From Patescibacteria group bacterium (lineage in GTDB: Bacteria; Patescibacteriota; Minisyncoccia; 2-02-FULL-40-12; GWA2-44-9): 64,000 nt of DNA. Both the position numbers and the translations under genes were made by a program. The stretch is taken from positions 5,147 to 69,146 of the forward strand of contig JBBTTB010000006.1 in the NCBI GenBank assembly GCA_038064455.1, given 5' to 3'. Positions 58,674 through 64,000 of the stretch are shown here, piece after piece (positions within the stretch are counted from its first letter, which is position 1; each line of letters begins with the position of its first letter). Under the pieces are notes generated by a model. It was not told the origin of the DNA and ran no database searches. It worked only from the letters and a program-made list of their open reading frames with translations.

Positions 58674-58883
58674 TTAATTCCGATACACAATCCGGCCACG
58701 GGAACCGTCTAGAGCCAGCTCCACAGCTACGGTGTCTCCCAGCATAACCTTGATACGATGGAGGCGCATCTTCCCCGCGAGATATGCGAGTATAATGCGG
58801 CCGTCGGGCAACTGAACGCGAAAGTTCGTGTCAGGCAATGCCTCAACTACCATACCGGTTATTTTTTGCTTCTGGTCAGCCAC
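58674..58883 (-). CDS. infA: Translation initiation factor IF-1
   Basis: G.VVEALPDTNFRV, AYLAGKMR, GRIVYR. Confidence 0.96.
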   Translation of the reverse strand: MADQKQKITGMVVEALPDTNFRVQLPDGRIILAYLAGKMRLHRIKVMLGDTVAVELALDGSRGRIVYRN

Positions 58884-58963
58884 TCGTGAAAAGGAGCCGC
58901 ATCCGTACATACAAACGGCGCGAGCTTGCATATGGTAGCAAAGCCGCGCTCCGCTGTCAACGA

Positions 58964-61051
58964 CTATTCATTTGCGGGGCTCGGTTGAGGAGTTGCGTAG
59001 ATCAGTTCGACTGAAATGTTGTTCGTGTCGTCCGGAGCCTTCGTCGCCCAGCGAGGCGAGAGCGTCACGCGGGCAGAGCTAATCTGTGCCTCCTGCGATC
59101 TGATAAAGCTTTCCAGTTGTCCTCGTGTTTTACCTCGTACACCGTCACGAATAGCATCTGCGGAAACTGCAGCAAATGCGGTTCCCCCAACTTGTACCGT
59201 ACCTCGCAGTGTTCCTGCCTTTTCATCAAATATAGGACTTGTTACAGAATACGTTAGATATTCAGGCAAGATAGAAACGGGATGTCGCTTCTCAAGGGAT
59301 TCTTTAATAAATGCGTGCATGTCTTCTTCACGAAAACCAACAGTGGTGATTGTTTGCTTCGCACTCGCCGTGAAGGTATCTACGGGTTCGTCTTGCTGTG
59401 CTGATGTAGTGATCTGTACTTCTGAAACTTTACTTGCACCGTCTACAATGACGGCACGCGTGCGTGCGTCGGTAAGTGCATCGGCGATAAGCTGTTTGAG
59501 GTCATTTTCAACTGCAGCACGAGCTTTTACGATATCAGCTTCGGTAACCACCTTCGCTTTACCTTGAATGCCTCCTGCCATCGGAGCAGATGACGTTGCT
59601 GTAAACTTCGCATACCGTTCAGCGTCATTACGTTCTTTAAATGCTGAAAATACAAAAGACGTTGGAGCTATATTGTAGGTAGCGCCAGGCTTATCGGCGA
59701 TGACCTCTACAGTAGCTTTTCCGGGTTCAGAACCACGTATGCCGGGCACGGTAATAGTGCGAAGGGTGCGGAACATGAGGCCTTCTTTTGTTTCAAGACG
59801 CGTCGTTGCGATAAACGTCTGTGGCGTTGCGCTAAACGCGTTCATAATAGTGACGGTGCCACGAGCCTTTTGAGCGACGTCGCGCTCACCGGTTGCGGCA
59901 AAGGTTTGTGATGCCGTTTTTTCAATGGTAATAAACTGCCCTGGCATAACCCCCGTAGCTATGTTCGCCTCTTTTACGTTGCGATCAGCGAGTACAGGCA
60001 AGCTTGCCTCAAGTTTTGATGGGGCCGGAAAAATAGCAAGGTGCGCTGACTGCGGCGTAAATAGATAAATAGCAAGCGCTGATATTGCTAAAACAGTAAG
60101 ACCAATGCCAATCTTTCCAATGGTAGAAATACCTTCGCCACGAGGTGTCACCACGCGTGGTTGCGTAGATCCCTTACGGAAAAGGCGCGAGAACCAAGAT
60201 CCACGCTTTGCTGAAGAAGCCACCGGAGGACCCCAGATACCACCCTCCTTGCTTGGCTCACCCCATACTGTAGCGAGGTCTTCAACGCGAGTCTCTCTCT
60301 GCAGCGGCACCGTGGAGCGCTTTCCCTGTGTGCCGCGTACTGGCACGGCTCGTCCACGACCGATCGCCGAAGGGACGGCACTATCAAGGCGTCGGCCAGA
60401 AGCGGCAAGCGTTGCGTGCGGCATGCTACCAGAAACAGCAACTTCTTCCGCCTCTAAATCCTCTAATTCTTCCGGAGATGGCTCAAGATCGTCTTCAAGA
60501 ACATCTTTATCTACGTCATCAGTATCTACATCATCTCCCTCTTCGACTTTTGTACCGTCGGCGTCAAGTTCTTCTTCATGAAAACCTTCGTCGTCCTTCT
60601 GACGCTTCGTGCCCGGCTCTTGATCATCATAAAAACCATCTCCGTCCTTATCAATTCCTCGATACGGCGCATGGTCGGGGATTTCACTGTCATCTTCATC
60701 TGGCTCACCCATAACTTCATCCGATGGAAGCACGACATCATTTCTTCCGGATACCGCCAACTGCGCTGCTGGCTTCTTCCGGGCGCCGCCTTTTGGTGTA
60801 TTGAGCACTACTTCAAACGCATGATCACGAGCAAGCGCCGCAACATCCGAGTTGGGCGTCATAAAGGTGATGCGCTTTTCATTTGCGAGCGCCTCACTGG
60901 CAAGTGTTGCAAAGTCTTCTATTTGAGAAAACGCCTTGGAGCGTTTTGGGAGAATAAAAACAACCTCCGAGGCGGGCGTCCCTTGCACAATGCCAAGAAG
61001 CTCGTCGAAGGTATCGTCCTTGAGGACGTGTATGATTTTAGTACCTGCCAT
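58964..61051 (-). CDS. Membrane protein with acidic linker and extracellular baseplate-J-like domain
   Basis: KARGTVTIMN, FRT..TITVPG, VIADKPG..YNI, GG..G....VT..D. Confidence 0.7.
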   Translation of the reverse strand: MAGTKIIHVLKDDTFDELLGIVQGTPASEVVFILPKRSKAFSQIEDFATLASEALANEKRITFMTPNSDVAALARDHAFEVVLNTPKGGARKKPAAQLAVSGRNDVVLPSDEVMGEPDEDDSEIPDHAPYRGIDKDGDGFYDDQEPGTKRQKDDEGFHEEELDADGTKVEEGDDVDTDDVDKDVLEDDLEPSPEELEDLEAEEVAVSGSMPHATLAASGRRLDSAVPSAIGRGRAVPVRGTQGKRSTVPLQRETRVEDLATVWGEPSKEGGIWGPPVASSAKRGSWFSRLFRKGSTQPRVVTPRGEGISTIGKIGIGLTVLAISALAIYLFTPQSAHLAIFPAPSKLEASLPVLADRNVKEANIATGVMPGQFITIEKTASQTFAATGERDVAQKARGTVTIMNAFSATPQTFIATTRLETKEGLMFRTLRTITVPGIRGSEPGKATVEVIADKPGATYNIAPTSFVFSAFKERNDAERYAKFTATSSAPMAGGIQGKAKVVTEADIVKARAAVENDLKQLIADALTDARTRAVIVDGASKVSEVQITTSAQQDEPVDTFTASAKQTITTVGFREEDMHAFIKESLEKRHPVSILPEYLTYSVTSPIFDEKAGTLRGTVQVGGTAFAAVSADAIRDGVRGKTRGQLESFIRSQEAQISSARVTLSPRWATKAPDDTNNISVELIYATPQPSPANE

Positions 61052-61184
61052 CGCATAAAAGTATAGCACAGAGCCCCTAGAATACGTGTGGAATAGTGGG
61101 TAAAGTGGGCCTTGCTTTTTATTCCGTCCTGTGCTATAATGAGCTCTGGTGATTTTGTGGTATAATCCGCTTGGAGGCCAGCCA

Positions 61185-61286
61185 ATGCTCTTTCTCGCCT
61201 GCTCGTTCGCCGCCCTGTGCGGCATTCTCAAGATCTTGGACCGGATGTACCCGGTGCAGGATCAGCCCACCCCCGACAAGAAGTAG
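61185..61286 (+). CDS. 33-aa hydrophobic peptide
   Basis: TGGTATAAT promoter, GGAGG SD, MLFLACSFAALCGILKILDRMYPVQDQPTPDKK, terminator over the stop. Confidence 0.55.
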   Translation: MLFLACSFAALCGILKILDRMYPVQDQPTPDKK

Positions 61287-61303
61287 TCGGGGGCCGTTCT
61301 TTT

Positions 61304-64000
61304 TTATACGCCAAAGCGCATCGTGCAGTAGGTGCACTCACGGTCGTCACATTTTTTATCCCAGAAAGAAAGTGCCAGCACTTCAGAAATCACTTTTTTA
61401 ATAGCTTCTTTGGTTTCGGCAACGGGGAGTTCATTAAGAGTGAAAGATTCTCCGCGGTATTTTTCACGTGTGTCTGGCTGTATGTATTCAATTTGACCCG
61501 ATGTCATCTGTAGTGCGCCACCCTGGTAGCCTTGAAGGAGAATGGAATAAAATGCGAGCTGACGCGCCTCATCACCCGTCGCGTCTTTTGTTTTCCCTAA
61601 CAGCGCGTTGCGCGTTTTAAACGCTCCTGTTTTGTAATCTAAAACGTGCGCTTCTGTTGGTGACAGCTTTTCAAGTTTGTCGAGTGCGCCGTGAAGCACA
61701 ATGCCTTCATGCGCCGGTACATCTGAAATACGCAATTCATACAGCGCATCGCGGCGCCACAGTGATGCGCGCTCTGTAAGATATCCATCAACCATTTCTA
61801 ATCCACGTTCTTCAAGGCGCTTGCGGTCACGCATTGTAAGGGGTTCGTGCTCGAGTGCTTTTATAAATGTGGCCCGTGCGATAGTAGGCACATGCTCCCC
61901 TGTGTGTGTAAACGCTTCTCCGTATGCGCGCAGTGCCGCATGAATCGCAGTACCAAGCTGTGCGTGTGCATGAGGTGCCTCTGGCATGCGCACTAAGTTC
62001 CTGAAGAAAAACTTCCACGGACACGAGAGGTAGTTGTTCAACGCCGTCACTGAAAGCCCTGATGTGAGAAAAAGATCTTTCACGTACGCGTGCACGTCTG
62101 CCGGTGGTTGTGGTACTGCCGCCTGCGTAGCGTAGGTCGTAAGATATGCCGCTTCAAATGCGTCTACCGGGAATGTCTCTAGGTGAGCTGGATGTAATTC
62201 TGTGATAAACCGAGAAGGCAGTCGTTCCCTATCTTCGAGATCGCGTACCGAGTAGGTAATATAGGCGACATCTTGTGCGCGCGTGAGCGCTACATAAAAT
62301 ACATTGCGTTCGTCGCTTTCAGGGTCTTGAGATACTGCGTCGGTAATGCGATACACCTTTTCGGGAAGCGTGAGGAGCTCGCGGCGCTGCTTGCCTCCCC
62401 ACGTGCCATCAACGGCGTGGGCTATGATAACCACCTTAAACTCGAGCCCTTTTGCACGATGTGCGGTCATAACACGTACATACCCCACGGGGAGCGCGTG
62501 GACAGGGAGTGCGAGCGCGCCGTGATCATGTGCGCGAACAAGCGCATGCCATACTGCATCGAGAGGAATATCCGGAGAACGCGCCACGACACCGCGCACC
62601 GCAGCGTAGAGCGTGCGGAGTGCACGCATGTCGGTCATATCCTCGGGAGAATCAAAGAGATCAATAAGAGGAATGAGAAGATCGAGGAGCGCAAGTGGGC
62701 CGTGCTGTCTGCCATGCTCGTGTGCTTTTATGATGTGTGCGGCAAGTTCTAGAAAAAGCTTTGGGTGCACAATGCCCACATCACGAAGCGCTGATTCAGA
62801 ACGGATAAGATTCCACGCATCTTGTCCGGAGCGGAGCGAGCGTAGGAAGCGGAACACATCGATAACATCGCACTTCCCCGCGCCAGCTTGAAGCGCTTCT
62901 GCAAGTGCATACTGATCGCCCGCGTTACAGGCGGTACGAAAGAGCAGTAGGAGTGACCGCATGCGAGGATGACGAAACAGTGATTGGTTCGCCGTGTGGG
63001 CGGCACGAATGCCCGCGCGGCCAAGTGCGCGCACAATGGGTTCTGCGTGCGCGTTGTCTCGAACCAGTATCGCGATCTCTTCGGAAGCGACTCCATCGGC
63101 AATATGTGATTGCACAATGCGCGCAATACCAAAAAGCTCTACATCGGTGTGAGAAAAAACCCCAAGACGTACTGGAATACCCGCAAGCGCTCGGTGCGCA
63201 TGGAGAGGCTCACTCTGTGGCGCAAGGCCATGAGCCGCATCGAGTACGTGTTGCGTTGAGCGATAGTTGGTATCGAGTGTCACCACACGCATTTTTTTAA
63301 ATGCTCGCTGAAGCGCGTGAAAGTTTTCATGCGACGCTCCCTGAAAACGGTAGATGGCCTGCTTCGTGTCGCCAACAACAAAAATATTCGGACTCGCGTC
63401 GTCGTGAATAATTGCATCTACTAGCCCATGCTGTGCGGCGTTTGTATCCTGGTGCTCATCAATGAGAATGTGTTGGTAGCGCTCGCGCACATCAGCGGCG
63501 ATTTCACTGTCGTGCATCATCGCATCGCGCGCGCGAATAATCATATCGTCAAAGTCATACCAGCGGCGTGCGGCACACGCATCCATATATGCTCCATAGA
63601 GCTTTACGAGCTCCGCGCGTCGCGCGTACATGCGATCTGATGTTTCTTTTTCATCATCTCCGGGAACATCCTCTCGAACAATCTGCGTAAACACTTCTGG
63701 TGATACGCCCTCGCGCTTTAATTCACTGATAGCACGGACACAATGCTGGATATAATATTCAGGATCACCACTCGGACGGAGCGCTTCATATTCTCCGGTT
63801 TGTAAAAGTTCGGAAAGGAGATCAACGCCTTCCACATCGGTCATTGCGCGGCCACCAATCACATCAGGGAATGCATCTGCATGCGCTTGAATAATATTGT
63901 GGGCAAAGCCATGAAACGTCGTGATGGAAACGCGATATGCATCTGGCCCAATGAGATCCGCAAGGCGTTTGCGCATCGCAAGAGCGCCAGATTCTGTGAA
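61304..64000 (-). CDS. UvrD/PcrA-like SF1 helicase fused to a PD-(D/E)XK nuclease (5' partial)
   Basis: TFHGFA, IDEHQD, VGDTKQAIYRFQGA, NYRS, TAHRAKGLEF, YVALTRA, LD..DYKTG, C-terminal Cys cluster. Confidence 0.92.
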   Translation of the reverse strand, partial: FTESGALAMRKRLADLIGPDAYRVSITTFHGFAHNIIQAHADAFPDVIGGRAMTDVEGVDLLSELLQTGEYEALRPSGDPEYYIQHCVRAISELKREGVSPEVFTQIVREDVPGDDEKETSDRMYARRAELVKLYGAYMDACAARRWYDFDDMIIRARDAMMHDSEIAADVRERYQHILIDEHQDTNAAQHGLVDAIIHDDASPNIFVVGDTKQAIYRFQGASHENFHALQRAFKKMRVVTLDTNYRSTQHVLDAAHGLAPQSEPLHAHRALAGIPVRLGVFSHTDVELFGIARIVQSHIADGVASEEIAILVRDNAHAEPIVRALGRAGIRAAHTANQSLFRHPRMRSLLLLFRTACNAGDQYALAEALQAGAGKCDVIDVFRFLRSLRSGQDAWNLIRSESALRDVGIVHPKLFLELAAHIIKAHEHGRQHGPLALLDLLIPLIDLFDSPEDMTDMRALRTLYAAVRGVVARSPDIPLDAVWHALVRAHDHGALALPVHALPVGYVRVMTAHRAKGLEFKVVIIAHAVDGTWGGKQRRELLTLPEKVYRITDAVSQDPESDERNVFYVALTRAQDVAYITYSVRDLEDRERLPSRFITELHPAHLETFPVDAFEAAYLTTYATQAAVPQPPADVHAYVKDLFLTSGLSVTALNNYLSCPWKFFFRNLVRMPEAPHAHAQLGTAIHAALRAYGEAFTHTGEHVPTIARATFIKALEHEPLTMRDRKRLEERGLEMVDGYLTERASLWRRDALYELRISDVPAHEGIVLHGALDKLEKLSPTEAHVLDYKTGAFKTRNALLGKTKDATGDEARQLAFYSILLQGYQGGALQMTSGQIEYIQPDTREKYRGESFTLNELPVAETKEAIKKVISEVLALSFWDKKCDDRECTYCTMRFGV

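Noticed and set aside
58964-61051. Prophage or contractile injection system
   Set aside because: There are no tail, sheath, capsid or integrase genes, and the context is housekeeping

Overview
This window is a bacterial chromosome segment read with the standard code 11. Its gene set and shortened variants (rpoA without the CTD, short L13 and HrcA, degenerate PriA, many hypothetical membrane proteins) suggest a Patescibacteria/CPR (Parcubacteria-like) genome; this is inference. Most of it is housekeeping: mltG, rplJL, mraZ-rsmH-ftsL-like-PBP-murF, rplU, recR-dnaB, cysS, CIRCE-hrcA-grpE-dnaK, dnaJ, efp-fmt-def-priA, gltX, rpmA, rplI, a glycosyltransferase/LCP/O-antigen-ligase cluster, mreB, infA-rpmJ-rpsMKD-rpoA-rplQ-rplM-rpsI and a UvrD-nuclease fusion, plus tRNA-Val(CAC) and tRNA-Glu(CTC). 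No CRISPR array, integrase or transposase was seen. The most unusual features are: (1) both tRNAs are followed by a hairpin and an inverted copy of their own 3' end, expanded at tRNA-Val into 205-bp tandem units; (2) a covarying GC(C/A)C-GA...G(G/T)GC-(T)GAG core recurs at four intergenic loci inside locus-specific inverted repeats; (3) two divergent paralogous orphan genes share a promoter and a covarying three-hairpin leader; (4) about 12 self-contained SD-led orphan cassettes sit between apparently leaderless core genes. All coordinates and pairings were read by eye, and no database searches were run.
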